Shown here piece by piece: positions 7,982 through 18,792 of a DNA stretch of 64,000 nt. How positions within the stretch are numbered: position 1 is the first letter of the stretch; each line of letters opens with the position of its first letter. Location: assembly GCA_046483005.1 (NCBI GenBank), contig JAWOEA010000004.1, positions 23,323 to 87,322 of the forward strand, in the 5' to 3' direction. The position numbers and the translations under genes were made by a program. The notes beneath the pieces were generated by a model. It was not told where the DNA came from. It worked only from the letters and a program-made list of their open reading frames with translations, and did not search any database. This DNA is from Candidatus Undinarchaeales archaeon (GTDB lineage: Archaea; Undinarchaeota; Undinarchaeia; Undinarchaeales; JALTGF01).

Positions 7982-10243
7982 TTATCCAACATATCTTGGT
8001 TTATCTGCAGAGCCTGTCGCAGCTCTCTGTTTGAAATTCTTAAGAACTTCTTCATATGACTGCTTTGTTTCGTCACTCATTGTAGGAGAGATGGTCTCCA
8101 TTGCATCTTTGAAATTCTTCATGGTTATTTTCTTTGATTTAATATCTTTCCTTAAAGCAAGCATTGCTGCTTCTCTGCATAGAGCTTCAATGTCTGCTCC
8201 GACATAATTTTCAGTTAATTCTGCAAGCTCGTCTAGTTTAACATCATCTGCAAGAGGCATATCTCTTGTATGCACTTCAAATATTTTCTTCCTTGCTTCT
8301 TCATCCGGTACAGGAGTTAGGATATGTCGGTCAAATCTTCCCGGTCTCAAAAGTCCAGGGTCAATTATGTCAGGCCTATTTGTTGAAGCAATTACAACTA
8401 CATTTTCGAGCTCTTCTAAGCCGTCCAGTTCAGTTAAAAGCTGATTTACAACTGTTTCAGTTACATGAGAACCAGTATGTCCTCCTCTTTTTGGGGCTAA
8501 AGCATCCAATTCATCAAAAAATATAACGCTTGGAGCAACCTGTCTTGCCTTCTTGAATATTTTTCGTACTCCTCTTTCAGATTCGCCTACCCACTTGCTA
8601 AGCAGTTCAGGTCCTCTGACAGATATAAAATTTGAATCTGATTCATTTGCAACTGCTTTGGCGAGCATAGTTTTTCCTGTTCCCGGCGGTCCGAACAAGA
8701 GGACGCCTTTTGGAGGATGTATTCCCATATTTTTGAAAGCTTTCGGCTTCTTGAGAGGCCACTCAACTGCTTCTTTGAGTTCCTGTTTGACATTTTCAAG
8801 ACCTCCGACATCCTTCCATGAAAGTTTAGGAACTTCGACCATGACTTCACGCATTGCACTTGGTGAAACATTTCTTAAACCAGATTTGAAATCTTTCTTA
8901 TTGACTCTTAAATTTTCCATGATTTCAGTAGGAACTTCTTTTTCTTCCTCAAGATTTAATTTTGGAAGTGTCCTTCTTAAAGCAGCCATTGCCGCTTCTT
9001 TGGCAAGAGCCTCTAAATCTGCCCCTACATAACCATAAGTCACATCAGCCCATTTGTCAAGACTGATGTTTTTGTCAAGAGGCATTGCTCGGGTATGAAT
9101 CTGTAAAATTTCTTTTCTTCCTTTTCTGTCAGGAACGCCAATTTCAATTTCTCTATCAAATCTGCCTCCTCTTCTTAGAGCAGAGTCCAATGCATCAACC
9201 CTGTTAGTTGCTGCAATGACGACGACTTTTCCTCTTGATTTTAAGCCATCCATCTGGGAAAGTAAAGTTGCAACAACCCTTCTTTCTACTTCTCCTTTAA
9301 CTTCTTCTCTTTTTGGAGCTATTGCATCAATTTCATCAATAAATATGATTGTAGGAGCATTCTTTTCTGCTTCTTCGAATACCTGTCTTAATCTCTTTTC
9401 TGATTCTCCATACCATTTTGACATAATTTCAGGACCATTTATGGACATGAAGTTTGAATGGGTTTCATTTGCGACTGCTTTTGCAAGGAGAGTCTTTCCT
9501 GTTCCAGGAGGGCCATGTAAAAGAACTCCCTTTGGAGGTTCAATTCCAAGCTTGTCAAATAATTCAGGATGTTTTAATGGAAGCTCAATCATTTCTCTTA
9601 CTTTAGAAATTTCATCTCCAAGTCCGCCAATATCTTCGTAAGTGACCTGAGGGATTTTCTCCATTTCTTTCATTTCAACAGCTTTAGGATTTACCTGAAC
9701 CTGAGTCATATCGGTAATAACTACCGGTCCTTTCGGCTTGGTTGAAACTACCATTAATTTTAAATTAGCAAAACCAAACATTGGTTCAAATGCATTTGAA
9801 AATAAATCTGAGAAAGGATCTTTCTGTTTAGGCTGAGCTCTGATAGGACTTACAATATCTCCTTTCATTACTGGTCTGCCCATGAAACTTTTTTCAATTC
9901 CGGAGCCCACCATCTGAATTTGAATTCCTTTCTGGGCCGGAGCGAGAACTACTTTGTCTGCTTCTTTGACTTCTGCCTTTCTTATTTTGATATGCTCTCC
10001 AATACTTCCTCCGGAATTCCTTCTTAAAATCCCGTCCATCCTTACAACTTCTCTGCCTACATCGCTTGGATAAGCTTTGGCTGCAACAGCTACTGATTTT
10101 CTTTCGCCCTCAAGTTCAACAACATCTCCGGGCGCGACATTTATCTTTTTCATGGATTTAGAATCAAGTCTAACTATGCCCTTTTCCGCGTCGTTGGGCC
10201 TCGCCTTTATTACCTTTAATTCTATTTCCTCTTTTTCAGTCAT
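7982..10243 (-). CDS. cdc48: CDC48/VCP-like AAA+ ATPase (N domain plus two AAA modules)
   Basis: 753 aa with two GPPGTGKT Walker A motifs and DE Walker B motifs. It has an N-terminal double-psi barrel-like domain. Confidence 0.9.
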   Translation of the reverse strand: MTEKEEIELKVIKARPNDAEKGIVRLDSKSMKKINVAPGDVVELEGERKSVAVAAKAYPSDVGREVVRMDGILRRNSGGSIGEHIKIRKAEVKEADKVVLAPAQKGIQIQMVGSGIEKSFMGRPVMKGDIVSPIRAQPKQKDPFSDLFSNAFEPMFGFANLKLMVVSTKPKGPVVITDMTQVQVNPKAVEMKEMEKIPQVTYEDIGGLGDEISKVREMIELPLKHPELFDKLGIEPPKGVLLHGPPGTGKTLLAKAVANETHSNFMSINGPEIMSKWYGESEKRLRQVFEEAEKNAPTIIFIDEIDAIAPKREEVKGEVERRVVATLLSQMDGLKSRGKVVVIAATNRVDALDSALRRGGRFDREIEIGVPDRKGRKEILQIHTRAMPLDKNISLDKWADVTYGYVGADLEALAKEAAMAALRRTLPKLNLEEEKEVPTEIMENLRVNKKDFKSGLRNVSPSAMREVMVEVPKLSWKDVGGLENVKQELKEAVEWPLKKPKAFKNMGIHPPKGVLLFGPPGTGKTMLAKAVANESDSNFISVRGPELLSKWVGESERGVRKIFKKARQVAPSVIFFDELDALAPKRGGHTGSHVTETVVNQLLTELDGLEELENVVVIASTNRPDIIDPGLLRPGRFDRHILTPVPDEEARKKIFEVHTRDMPLADDVKLDELAELTENYVGADIEALCREAAMLALRKDIKSKKITMKNFKDAMETISPTMSDETKQSYEEVLKNFKQRAATGSADKPRYVG

Positions 10244-10244
10244 T

Positions 10245-10535
10245 TTATATCTCGTTAACTTCTCTTAAATCCTTAAGTTTCTGAAGCAGGAACTGTTCGT
10301 ATTGGTCTATGATAGTATCTATATTTTCTCCTTGTTCTCCTTTAAAAAAGTTTGCAATTTCAGCCCATATTTCCTCGTTGAATTCCTCGCAACCCATTAA
10401 ACCGCTTACCATAACTACATTTACAGTGGTTGTAAAGGATAAATCAAGTCCGCTGGCTATCATATTGCCTCTCAGCTTTTGGATTGTGTCATAAAGTTTC
10501 TTATTTATTGAGATGGTTTTTCTCACAACAGTCAT
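10245..10535 (-). CDS. small hypothetical protein, possibly a ribbon-helix-helix-like regulator, abutting the cdc48 start
   Basis: 96 aa. The N-terminal [16 protein letters not shown] resembles an RHH beta strand plus helix. Its stop abuts the cdc48 start. Confidence 0.3.
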   Translation of the reverse strand: MTVVRKTISINKKLYDTIQKLRGNMIASGLDLSFTTTVNVVMVSGLMGCEEFNEEIWAEIANFFKGEQGENIDTIIDQYEQFLLQKLKDLREVNEI

Positions 10536-10657
10536 TATATTTCCCTCAAGTATGAAATGATGAAAGTGTTACTATTTAAGGTTTTGGGTGGTATTTACTC
10601 AGGAAAGAGTGGAAAAGCTCTGCCGATGTCGGTTTTTAGAAAACACCCCCAAATTAA

Positions 10658-10675
10658 CTGAGTTCAGTTAAAAAA
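10658..10675. promoter_or_regulatory. perfect palindrome TTAACTGA-gt-TCAGTTAA upstream of the radB TATA box, candidate operator
   Basis: 8+8 inverted repeat with a 2-nt spacer, about 20 bp upstream of tttataaaa, which lies about 27 bp upstream of the radB ATG. It sits in the divergent intergenic region shared with the cdc48 operon. Confidence 0.4.
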
Positions 10676-10707
10676 AGTTTATAAAATCAAAAGCACGCAG
10701 TATAACT

Positions 10708-11415
10708 ATGAATATTTTTAAAAAAGAGGAAAAAGAAGAATTTGACCTCAAACCGGAAGCAATACCGACAGGCTGCACTAAATTAGACAAACTCATAGGA
10801 GATGGATTACAGACTAAAATATTAAGTCACGTTTACGGAAAGCCAGGGTCTGGAAAGACCAATTTATGTATAAGTACGGCAATAGAATGCGCCAAACTTG
10901 GAAGAAAAGTTGCATATATAGACACTGAAGGTGGTTTTAACTATGTCAGACTAAGACAAATGTGCAAAGACGATGATTTAATAAACAAAATAGTTATTGC
11001 CCAGCCAAAAAGTTTTGAGGAGCAGTTAAAACTTGTTAAAAGGCTTCCTAAACTGCTGAATACTGATTTTAGTTTAGTTGTCCTAGATTCAGCCGTAAGT
11101 TTATACAGATTGAACGTAAACGGTTCAAGAGAGGACATAATAAAATTCAGCCGGAAGCTGGCGAAACAGGCTGCGTGGCTGACTCAGCTCGCTTCAGAAA
11201 AAAAAGTGGCAGTTATTGCTACAAACCACGTTTATGATTCTTTTAATAAGAAAGGAGTTTCGCCGGTCGGCGGAGACACTTTAATGTACTGGTCCAAAAT
11301 GATTTTGAACATTGAAAAGAAAAGGAAGAACAGGAAAGCTTCTTTAGTAAAACACCCATTTATGCCGGATGGGAAAAGTATTAAATTCAGAATTACCAAT
11401 TCTGGCTTGGAATGA
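10708..11415 (+). CDS. radB: RadB (RadA/Rad51 paralog, KaiC-like recombinase-mediator ATPase)
   Basis: 235 aa with Walker A GKPGSGKTNLC and the RecA-fold core only. The size is typical of archaeal RadB. Confidence 0.8.
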   Translation: MNIFKKEEKEEFDLKPEAIPTGCTKLDKLIGDGLQTKILSHVYGKPGSGKTNLCISTAIECAKLGRKVAYIDTEGGFNYVRLRQMCKDDDLINKIVIAQPKSFEEQLKLVKRLPKLLNTDFSLVVLDSAVSLYRLNVNGSREDIIKFSRKLAKQAAWLTQLASEKKVAVIATNHVYDSFNKKGVSPVGGDTLMYWSKMILNIEKKRKNRKASLVKHPFMPDGKSIKFRITNSGLE

Positions 11416-12320
11416 CCAGCCTTAAAACTGAACTTGCCGGAGTAAAATTAAAAAATCCAACTGTTTTAGCTGCGGGAATTTTAGGAAATACTAAAGAGTT
11501 GTTGGAAAGAGTTTCTAAATCAGGAGCAGGAGCTGTAACAACTAAATCAATTTCCTTAAACCCCAGAAAAGGAAACAAAACTCCTAATGTAATTGAAATT
11601 GAGCAAGGTTTATTAAATTCAATGGGTCTGCCGAATCCCGGAATTGATTCATTTTTAGCTGAAATAGAAGGAATAAAAACTGATTCTGCTTTGATTGTTT
11701 CAGTAGCTGGAGAAAAAACAAAAGAATTTGTCAAGGTTTCTAAAAAATTTGGAGATGTTCCTGACATTATCGAACTTAATTTGAGCTGTCCGAATGTTGA
11801 AGGAGGAATGCTTTTCTGTCAGGACAAAAAGCTTGCAGGAAAGGTTGTTAAAAAAGTCAAGAAAAAAACAGAAGTTCCTGTCTTTGTAAAGCTCGGCCCG
11901 AATGTAAATAATATTTCTGAAATTGCAAAGGCGGTTGAATCTGCAGGAGCAGACGGAATTACTGCGGTAAACACCATGCCGGCGATGGCAATTGATTTGG
12001 AGACAGGAAAAGCGATTTTCAACAGAAAAACCGGTGGATTGTCCGGACCTGCATTAAAACCAATTGCTTTGAGGTGCGTTTATGAGATTGCAAAAACCGT
12101 TGATATTCCAGTAATTGGAACCGGAGGAATAAGCTCCGGAGAAGACGCCGCGGAAATGCTTATGGCTGGAGCAAAAGCTGTAGGAATTGGAACTGCAGTA
12201 TGGAACCACGATTTTGATGTTTTTAATAAAGTAAATGAAGAATTAGAAGAATATATGAATAGAAAAAGGTTTAAAAGGTTAGAAGATTTAGTAGGATTGA
12301 CGATTAAAGGAGGTAAATAA
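11412..12320 (+). CDS. pyrD: dihydroorotate dehydrogenase catalytic subunit (class 1B)
   Basis: 302 aa TIM-barrel DHOD with motifs NLSCPN and GGISSGEDA. It is followed by pyrK. Confidence 0.85.
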   Translation: MTSLKTELAGVKLKNPTVLAAGILGNTKELLERVSKSGAGAVTTKSISLNPRKGNKTPNVIEIEQGLLNSMGLPNPGIDSFLAEIEGIKTDSALIVSVAGEKTKEFVKVSKKFGDVPDIIELNLSCPNVEGGMLFCQDKKLAGKVVKKVKKKTEVPVFVKLGPNVNNISEIAKAVESAGADGITAVNTMPAMAIDLETGKAIFNRKTGGLSGPALKPIALRCVYEIAKTVDIPVIGTGGISSGEDAAEMLMAGAKAVGIGTAVWNHDFDVFNKVNEELEEYMNRKRFKRLEDLVGLTIKGGK

Positions 12321-12321
12321 A

Positions 12322-12540
12322 TTGGCAGCAAGAGATAAAATCTTCGGAGGGTTGTTGAGTCTTTTAGCAGTACTCGTTGCAGTGATTTATTTCTACGGAA
12401 TGTGGTACGGCTATGCTCTGCTTGCAGTTCAGGTTGTTGTCTCAGTAATTTTCATAGGACTGATGGCCATGATATTCTGGATGGGATATACAATAGCCAC
12501 AACACCTACCATAGAAGAAATTAAAAAGCGAAAGAAATAG
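12322..12540 (+). CDS. small two-TM membrane protein inserted between pyrD and pyrK
   Basis: 72 aa with two hydrophobic helices and a KKRKK tail. Confidence 0.35.
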   Translation: MAARDKIFGGLLSLLAVLVAVIYFYGMWYGYALLAVQVVVSVIFIGLMAMIFWMGYTIATTPTIEEIKKRKK

Positions 12541-12544
12541 GCTG

Positions 12545-13333
12545 ATGGCCTCTAAACAGAGAACGTACGAAATAACAGAGATTATAGAAGAGACTCCGAA
12601 TGTAAAGTCATTTATTTTTGATTTTGAACAGACCGCCCAGCCGGGGCAATTTTTAATGGTATGGGTTCCTGATTTTGAAGAAATTCCCATGAGTGTTTCT
12701 TACTGCTCTGACAACAAAATAGGAATTAGTGTTTATGCGGTCGGAGAAACTACTGAAAGACTGCATGAAATGAAAGAAGGAGATTATGTTGGGCTGAGAG
12801 GACCTTACGGAACTAGCTTTGAGCCGAAAGGAGACAAAGTTGCAGTTATTGGAGGGGGGTGCGGTTCAGCTCCACTTGGATACTTGGTTGAAAGTTTCTT
12901 TGATGAAAATGTTGAAGTTCATGCTTTGCTTGGAGCCGGAACGAGAGACAATCTGCTTTTCAAAGACAGATTAGGAAAACTCCCTTATGCCGACATTCAT
13001 TGCGCAACAGATGACGGGAGTTGCGGGCATGAAGGATTCATTACAGAAGTTTTCAAAACTTTGACTGAAAAACACAAATTTGACAGAGTTTACACCTGTG
13101 GTCCTGAAATAATGATGAAAAAAGTTTATGATATCTGCAGGAAGAAAAAGATAGACCTGCAGGCAAGTCTTGAAAGATATATGAAATGCGGGCTTGGTAT
13201 CTGCGGAAGCTGTGCAATTGACGGATATTTAGTATGTAAAGACGGACCGGTATTTGGTATGGAAGACCTGAATAAAATGAGTGAATTTGGAAAGAAGAAA
13301 AGAGACAGGTCAGGATGTCATGTTAAAGTATGA
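12545..13333 (+). CDS. pyrK: dihydroorotate dehydrogenase electron-transfer subunit (FAD/2Fe-2S)
   Basis: The FAD-binding barrel plus a C-terminal Cys cluster CGLGICGSCAIDG...C are present. Confidence 0.8.
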   Translation: MASKQRTYEITEIIEETPNVKSFIFDFEQTAQPGQFLMVWVPDFEEIPMSVSYCSDNKIGISVYAVGETTERLHEMKEGDYVGLRGPYGTSFEPKGDKVAVIGGGCGSAPLGYLVESFFDENVEVHALLGAGTRDNLLFKDRLGKLPYADIHCATDDGSCGHEGFITEVFKTLTEKHKFDRVYTCGPEIMMKKVYDICRKKKIDLQASLERYMKCGLGICGSCAIDGYLVCKDGPVFGMEDLNKMSEFGKKKRDRSGCHVKV

Positions 13334-14544
13334 ATGCTGATTTAATTTTAAAAAATGGGAAAGTAGTTAGAGAAAAAGGAATTGTTGAAGCCGATATTTT
13401 AATTGAAAACGGAAAAATTCTTGACTTAAAAAAGACAGGAGGTAAAGCAGAAGAAAAAATTGACTGCAAAGGAAAATTAATTCTGCCTGGTCTGATAGAT
13501 CCGCATGTTCATTTTAGAGAACCGGGACAGATTCATAAAGAAGACTTTTCAACCGGTTCAATGTCTGCTGCTTTCGGCGGAGTCACCACTGTATTAGATA
13601 TGCCAAATAATTCTCCATTCATTGATACTAAAAGAAGATTTATTGGAAAAAAAGAGCTTGTTGAAAAGAAAAGCTGTGTTGATTTTGGATTATTCTTTGG
13701 AATTTCAACATATGGAAAGGATGAAATCAACGAAGTTGATCCGATTGGGTACAAATTTTATACTGCAGAAGAAGAGCTTGCGCCCCTTCCTGAACTGCAG
13801 TATGCGATGAATCAGGTTGAAAACAAAATTTTTGCAGTTCATCCGGAAGACCCTGAAATTATTGAAAGAGAGGACAGGGGAACTCCTCTTGCAGAATATT
13901 CAGCAATTAAAAAGGTTCTTGAGCTTGATTCAGGAACAAATAAAATTCATTTCTGTCATGTAACCAGTTCCAAAAGTGTTGAACTTTCTGGAGATGCAAC
14001 ATGCGAAGTTACACCTCATCATTTATTTTTAGACAAAAAATTTGCAAAAGAGAATGCAGGCTTTGGAAAAGTTCATCCGCCTCTAAGAAAAAAACTGGAA
14101 ATTGACAGTTTATGGAACAGTTTGAATAAAGTTGATTCTCTTGCTACTGATCATGCACCCCATACAATTGAGGAAAAGAAAGATGAAAATCCCCCTCCTG
14201 GTTTTCCGGGAGTTGAAACTCTGCTTCCTTTAATGGCGGATGCTGTTTCGGAAGGCAGATTAACCTGGGAAGAATTAGTCAGACTTTTAACAGGAGGAGC
14301 AGAAATTTACGGTCTTGAAAAAAAAGGGAAGATTAAAGAAGGTTTCGATGCAGACTTTGCAATTCTGGACAGAAAAAAAGAATGGGAGATTAAAGCAGAT
14401 AAATTGCATTCAAAATGCGGATGGACCCCTTACGAAGGAAGAAAAGTTAAAGGCAAATTAGAAAAAACTATTTTAAGAGGGAAGGTAATTGTTGAACAGA
14501 GAGAATTCTTTGGCAGAAAAGGATTTGGAGGATACTTGAAATGA
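13330..14544 (+). CDS. pyrC: dihydroorotase (amidohydrolase superfamily)
   Basis: The DPHVHFREPG and DHAPH metal-ligand motifs are present. It lies within the pyr operon. Confidence 0.8.
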   Translation: MNADLILKNGKVVREKGIVEADILIENGKILDLKKTGGKAEEKIDCKGKLILPGLIDPHVHFREPGQIHKEDFSTGSMSAAFGGVTTVLDMPNNSPFIDTKRRFIGKKELVEKKSCVDFGLFFGISTYGKDEINEVDPIGYKFYTAEEELAPLPELQYAMNQVENKIFAVHPEDPEIIEREDRGTPLAEYSAIKKVLELDSGTNKIHFCHVTSSKSVELSGDATCEVTPHHLFLDKKFAKENAGFGKVHPPLRKKLEIDSLWNSLNKVDSLATDHAPHTIEEKKDENPPPGFPGVETLLPLMADAVSEGRLTWEELVRLLTGGAEIYGLEKKGKIKEGFDADFAILDRKKEWEIKADKLHSKCGWTPYEGRKVKGKLEKTILRGKVIVEQREFFGRKGFGGYLK

Positions 14545-15416
14545 AAAAAATTGTAATACCATGCGAAAAAACTGAAAGCCTTGCTATTGATATTGCTGAA
14601 AAAATTGACGGAAGACTTGCAAGCTATGAAGACAGGAGATTTCCGGATAATGAATTTTATTTCAGGGTTGAAACTGACTTAAAAGGAAAAGAAGCAGTCA
14701 TTGTCCAAACAGGCTACCCGGATCCGAACTCATCAGTTGTTGAACTTTTGATTATTGCAGATGCCTGCAGACACCATGGAGCTGAAAAAATTACAGCAGT
14801 TATTCCATATGTTCCTTATGCAAGACAGGATAAGAGATTTGAAAAGGGCGAAGCATTCAGTTTGGAAACTATTGGCAACTTAATGAAAAATGTTGGAATT
14901 GATAAAGTAATTACAGTTGATACTCATTTCAAAAGGGAATACGGAAAGTATGATTTCTTTGGAATTAAAGCAGTGAATATAAGCGCAGGCGTTCCTTTAG
15001 TTAAATTCATTAAAAAGAAATTTGATGTGAAAGAACTGCATATAATTTCTCCTGATTTAGGAGCTTCTGAAATGATTGATAATGCAGCAAAGAAAACTAA
15101 ATCAAAAAAGGCTAAGCTAAAGAAAGTCAGAAAAGGAGATTATGATGTTGAAATGACCGGAAAGCTTGAAGTTAAAGGAAAGAATGTTCTTGTCTTGGAT
15201 GATATTATTAGTACAGGTGGAACCATGGAAAAGGCAGTAAACAGAGCAAAAGATGCGGGAGCAAAAAAAGTTTTCGCCGCTGCAACGCACGGTTTATTTG
15301 TTTCGGATGCCATGACCAGATTAAAAAAAGCATCCAGTTATGTTGTTACAACTGATTCAATTGAAAATGATACTGCCGAAGTTACTCTGACAGATGAAAT
15401 TGTGAAGGTTCTTTAA
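14541..15416 (+). CDS. prs: ribose-phosphate pyrophosphokinase
   Basis: It has the PRPP-binding loop VLVLDDIISTGGTM and an N-terminal Prs domain. Confidence 0.8.
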   Translation: MKKIVIPCEKTESLAIDIAEKIDGRLASYEDRRFPDNEFYFRVETDLKGKEAVIVQTGYPDPNSSVVELLIIADACRHHGAEKITAVIPYVPYARQDKRFEKGEAFSLETIGNLMKNVGIDKVITVDTHFKREYGKYDFFGIKAVNISAGVPLVKFIKKKFDVKELHIISPDLGASEMIDNAAKKTKSKKAKLKKVRKGDYDVEMTGKLEVKGKNVLVLDDIISTGGTMEKAVNRAKDAGAKKVFAAATHGLFVSDAMTRLKKASSYVVTTDSIENDTAEVTLTDEIVKVL

Positions 15417-16079
15417 ATGGGAAATGAAAAACTAAAAGAAAGAGTAGGAAAGAAAGCTGCTGAATTTATTAAAGGCGGAATGACCGTCGGTCTGGGAACA
15501 GGTTCTACTGTTTTTTATCTTTTAAAAGAGCTGGAAGGAAAGAAAATCAAAGGAGTCTGCACTTCAAAAGATACTGAAAAGAAAGCAGAAAAATTTGGAA
15601 TTAAAACAGCTGATTTAAATGATGTTGAAAAAATTGACATTGCAGTAGACGGAGCAGATGAATTTGATAAGGATTTGAATTTAATAAAAGGCGGAGGCGG
15701 GGCTCTTACCAGAGAAAAAAATATTGATTACAGGGCTGAAAAATTCATTGTTATTGTTGATGAGAGCAAGAAAAAAGAATTTTTAGGAGATTTTGGCCTG
15801 CCAGTTGAGGTCATGCAGTTTTCCTGGAAACATATAAAGAAGGATTTGGAAAAACTGGGAGCCAGAGTGAAAAGAAGGGGCGGAAAAAAACCATTTGTTA
15901 CAGATAATGGAAATTATATTTTAGATGCACAGTTTGAAACCATACTAAAACCTGCAAGACTTGAAAAATTGATTAATGATATTCCAGGCGTTGTTGAAAA
16001 CGGGATATTCAGAAAAGAAAAAGTCAGCATAGTTTTAATGGGAACAGAAAACGGCGTTGAAGAGTTTAAGAAAAACTAA
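15417..16079 (+). CDS. rpiA: ribose-5-phosphate isomerase A
   Basis: It carries the GLGTGST motif and the DGADE and KGGGGA motifs. Confidence 0.85.
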   Translation: MGNEKLKERVGKKAAEFIKGGMTVGLGTGSTVFYLLKELEGKKIKGVCTSKDTEKKAEKFGIKTADLNDVEKIDIAVDGADEFDKDLNLIKGGGGALTREKNIDYRAEKFIVIVDESKKKEFLGDFGLPVEVMQFSWKHIKKDLEKLGARVKRRGGKKPFVTDNGNYILDAQFETILKPARLEKLINDIPGVVENGIFRKEKVSIVLMGTENGVEEFKKN

Positions 16080-16690
16080 GCATACATGTAATCGCAGGGC
16101 GGTTTTGAATCATCATTTATTTCCTGGCCGGTTAATTTTTTAACTCTTTGCCTGCATTTTTCCGCTTCTTTGGTTCTACCTAATTCATCCAAGACAAGTG
16201 CTTTTTGAGTTAATGTAGCAGGGTCATTTTTAACCATTTCAAGTGCAGTATCTAGATATTTGAGAGAAGTTTTTAGTAAGTCTTTTTGTTTAAGCTTTTG
16301 CTTGCCTTTTTGTTTTCTTTCTCTGTACATGTTAAGATGAAGTGTCCCAAGATTATACCAAAGAGGAGGAATGTTTTGATTTATTTCTAATGCTTTTTCA
16401 AAACACTTCTTTGCCTTATCGAACTTTTTAAGAGCATCATAAACGGTGCCTTTGTTAATCCACGCATATACTCCATCAGAATTTACTTCAGTTGCCTTGT
16501 CATAATATTCAAGTGCAGTTTCATAATCACCTAAGTTAAAATAAGAAAGTCCTAGATTTGTAAGAACTTTATATTTATTAAAAGACTCATCCGGAAGAGT
16601 TTCATAAAGGTCAATTGCTTCTTCATAATTTCCCTGCCTAAGGGCGTTGGTTGCTTTTTGCATTATTTCATGAATTTCTGACTTATCCAT
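16076..16690 (-). CDS. TPR-repeat protein
   Basis: Repeated A/Y/L-rich 34-aa units with the pattern W-LG-Y...A... Confidence 0.6.
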   Translation of the reverse strand: MDKSEIHEIMQKATNALRQGNYEEAIDLYETLPDESFNKYKVLTNLGLSYFNLGDYETALEYYDKATEVNSDGVYAWINKGTVYDALKKFDKAKKCFEKALEINQNIPPLWYNLGTLHLNMYRERKQKGKQKLKQKDLLKTSLKYLDTALEMVKNDPATLTQKALVLDELGRTKEAEKCRQRVKKLTGQEINDDSKPPCDYMYA

Positions 16691-16692
16691 TT

Positions 16693-18792
16693 TTACTTCT
16701 TCTTTTTGCTTTTATTTTTCTTCTTGCTTTTCTTTTTCTTTCCCCAGCTGGCTTTTGAAGGACATTCCGGATCTATGCACATCCGATAATTTTTTCTTTT
16801 GCCTCTTCGAATTACTTCAATTATAGGAAGTCCATCATGCTTGCATTTCTTTTCTGTTTTCACAATTTTTGATTTTTGCGGAAGAGGATATGAAACCGTG
16901 CAGTCAGGATAGCTTGAACAGCCGACAAATTGCTTCCCGGTTCTCTTTGAAACTCTGATTATAAGATTTCCTTTGCATTTTGGACATTTTCCCAATGTTT
17001 TCTGCTCCTTGATTGCATTTCTTTTAGCTTCAACCAGTCGGTTTCCAATTTCTTCTTCATGAGCCTTGAATTTTTTAATTAATTTTTTGAGCGTTTCTTT
17101 TGCTTCAAGTATGACTTCATCCTTGTCCAGTTTTCCGGCCTTTATTTTTTCAATCTGCGTTTCAAACTTCCTTGTGAGGTCTTCGGAAACAATTTCTGGG
17201 ACGTAATCAGTAAGCGTTTCAACAACTCTGCTTCCGAAATTAGTAACTTTGATACTGGACCCTTTAATATAATCTCTATCGTATAAAGTCTGGATAATTT
17301 GAGCCCTTGTTGCCTTTGTTCCTATACTAAGTTTCTCCATTTGCTTGATAATTGTTGCAGGAGAATATCTTTTTGGAGGCTTTGTTTCATCTTCTTTCCT
17401 GTTCAATTTTTTAACTTTGATTTCCTGATCTTTTTTCATTTCAGGAAGCTCTTCTTCCTTTAGTTTTACATATGGCCTGTAGAAATGGTACCAGTTTTCT
17501 TTAACTGTTCTGGCCCCTTTTGCAAAGAAAGGTTCTCCGTTTATGTCGAAAGTTATTTTCTGGAACTGCCTGACTGCCGGCTTTCCAAATGTTGAAAAGA
17601 ATGCTTTTACAATTAAATCATACAGTTTGAAATCTGCTCCGCTGAGGCCTTTTGGAAGCTCGCCTGTTGGATAAATACACGGATGCGCCGGGTCCTTTTT
17701 CTTACCCTCATTCGCCTTTAATTTAGGAGTATCAACTAATTCTGAGGCGTGTTCTTTGTATTTTTTCTGTTTTGCTATTTTTTTAAGAAGCTCCTTGATG
17801 TTTGTTTTAGGAAGTTTTTGAGAACTTGTTCTTGGATAAGAAATTAACCCTTGTTCGTATAAAGTCTGTGCAATTTTCTGAGTTCTTTTAGGGCTGAATT
17901 TGAAAACTCTGTAGGATTCGCTCTGTAAGTCTCCAAGATTTAAAGGATTTGGCGGTTTTCTTGACCTCTTCCTTTTAGAAATTTTTGAAACGACTGCAGT
18001 CTTTCCTTTGCACTTTTCAAAAACATTTTTGGATTCTTTTTCATTAAAGAATTTTTTCTTTTTATGCTTTGCTTCAACCTTGTTTTCAAGAATAGCAGTT
18101 AAAACCCAGAATGGCTTTGGATCGAACTTTTTAATTTCTTTTTCTCTTTCATCTAAAACTTTTAAAGTAGGAGTCTGAACTCTGCCTGCACTTAAAGTAC
18201 TGTATCCTCCTGAAACGGAGGTGTATGCATAGGAAAGAGCTCTTGAAACATTTATTCCATAGAACCAGTCTAATGTATGTCTTGTAATTCCCGCATCTGC
18301 CAGATTAAAATCAAGATGTTCCATTGCATTTTCATATGCCTTCTTGATTTCGCTTTTAGTTAATGTTGAGAATTTCATTCTCTTTGCTTTTTTCAGGCAG
18401 TCCGGTCCGCAGGTAAACTTGATTGCATTATATCCAATAAGTTCTCCTTCAATATCGTAGTCGCACGCAGAAACGTAAGAATCTGCATCTTTTGCAAGCA
18501 TTTTAAGAGTTTGTACATACTGCTTTGTAAATGCAGAAGATTTGCTTGCTTTATAGGAAGGAACCCACTGAATGTCAAAAATAGGATATCCGGAAGAACC
18601 TGGTTTTTCTTTTAAAGTAAAGACATGGCCTACTGCAGGAGCGACTATTATTTTTTGATCTCCTTTGTTTAGAATATAGTAAGAAACTTTTCCCTTTTTC
18701 TTTCTCTGAGGACTTCCATCTGCCAGAGCTGAGGCTATCTTCTGGCTTACTTTCGGTTTCTCTGCTACAATTAACTGATATTTTCCTGTCAT
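16693..18792 (-). CDS. topA: type IA DNA topoisomerase (Topo I/III family) with C-terminal Zn-ribbons and Lys-rich tail
   Basis: Toprim N-terminus QLIVAEKP and the active-site region GLISYPRTSS are present. Several Cx2C zinc ribbons follow. It ends in KKKKSKKKNKSKKKK. Confidence 0.85.
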   Translation of the reverse strand: MTGKYQLIVAEKPKVSQKIASALADGSPQRKKKGKVSYYILNKGDQKIIVAPAVGHVFTLKEKPGSSGYPIFDIQWVPSYKASKSSAFTKQYVQTLKMLAKDADSYVSACDYDIEGELIGYNAIKFTCGPDCLKKAKRMKFSTLTKSEIKKAYENAMEHLDFNLADAGITRHTLDWFYGINVSRALSYAYTSVSGGYSTLSAGRVQTPTLKVLDEREKEIKKFDPKPFWVLTAILENKVEAKHKKKKFFNEKESKNVFEKCKGKTAVVSKISKRKRSRKPPNPLNLGDLQSESYRVFKFSPKRTQKIAQTLYEQGLISYPRTSSQKLPKTNIKELLKKIAKQKKYKEHASELVDTPKLKANEGKKKDPAHPCIYPTGELPKGLSGADFKLYDLIVKAFFSTFGKPAVRQFQKITFDINGEPFFAKGARTVKENWYHFYRPYVKLKEEELPEMKKDQEIKVKKLNRKEDETKPPKRYSPATIIKQMEKLSIGTKATRAQIIQTLYDRDYIKGSSIKVTNFGSRVVETLTDYVPEIVSEDLTRKFETQIEKIKAGKLDKDEVILEAKETLKKLIKKFKAHEEEIGNRLVEAKRNAIKEQKTLGKCPKCKGNLIIRVSKRTGKQFVGCSSYPDCTVSYPLPQKSKIVKTEKKCKHDGLPIIEVIRRGKRKNYRMCIDPECPSKASWGKKKKSKKKNKSKKKK

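Noticed and set aside
8266-9641. ORF-track ORFs on the plus strand inside cdc48 (8266..8526, 8553..9032, 9216..9641) and similar antisense ORFs inside polB, hef, polD and lhr
   Set aside because: They lie entirely antisense to long genes with strong motif support. Their translations are Ser/Leu/Phe-rich low-complexity typical of antisense frames of AT-rich coding DNA.
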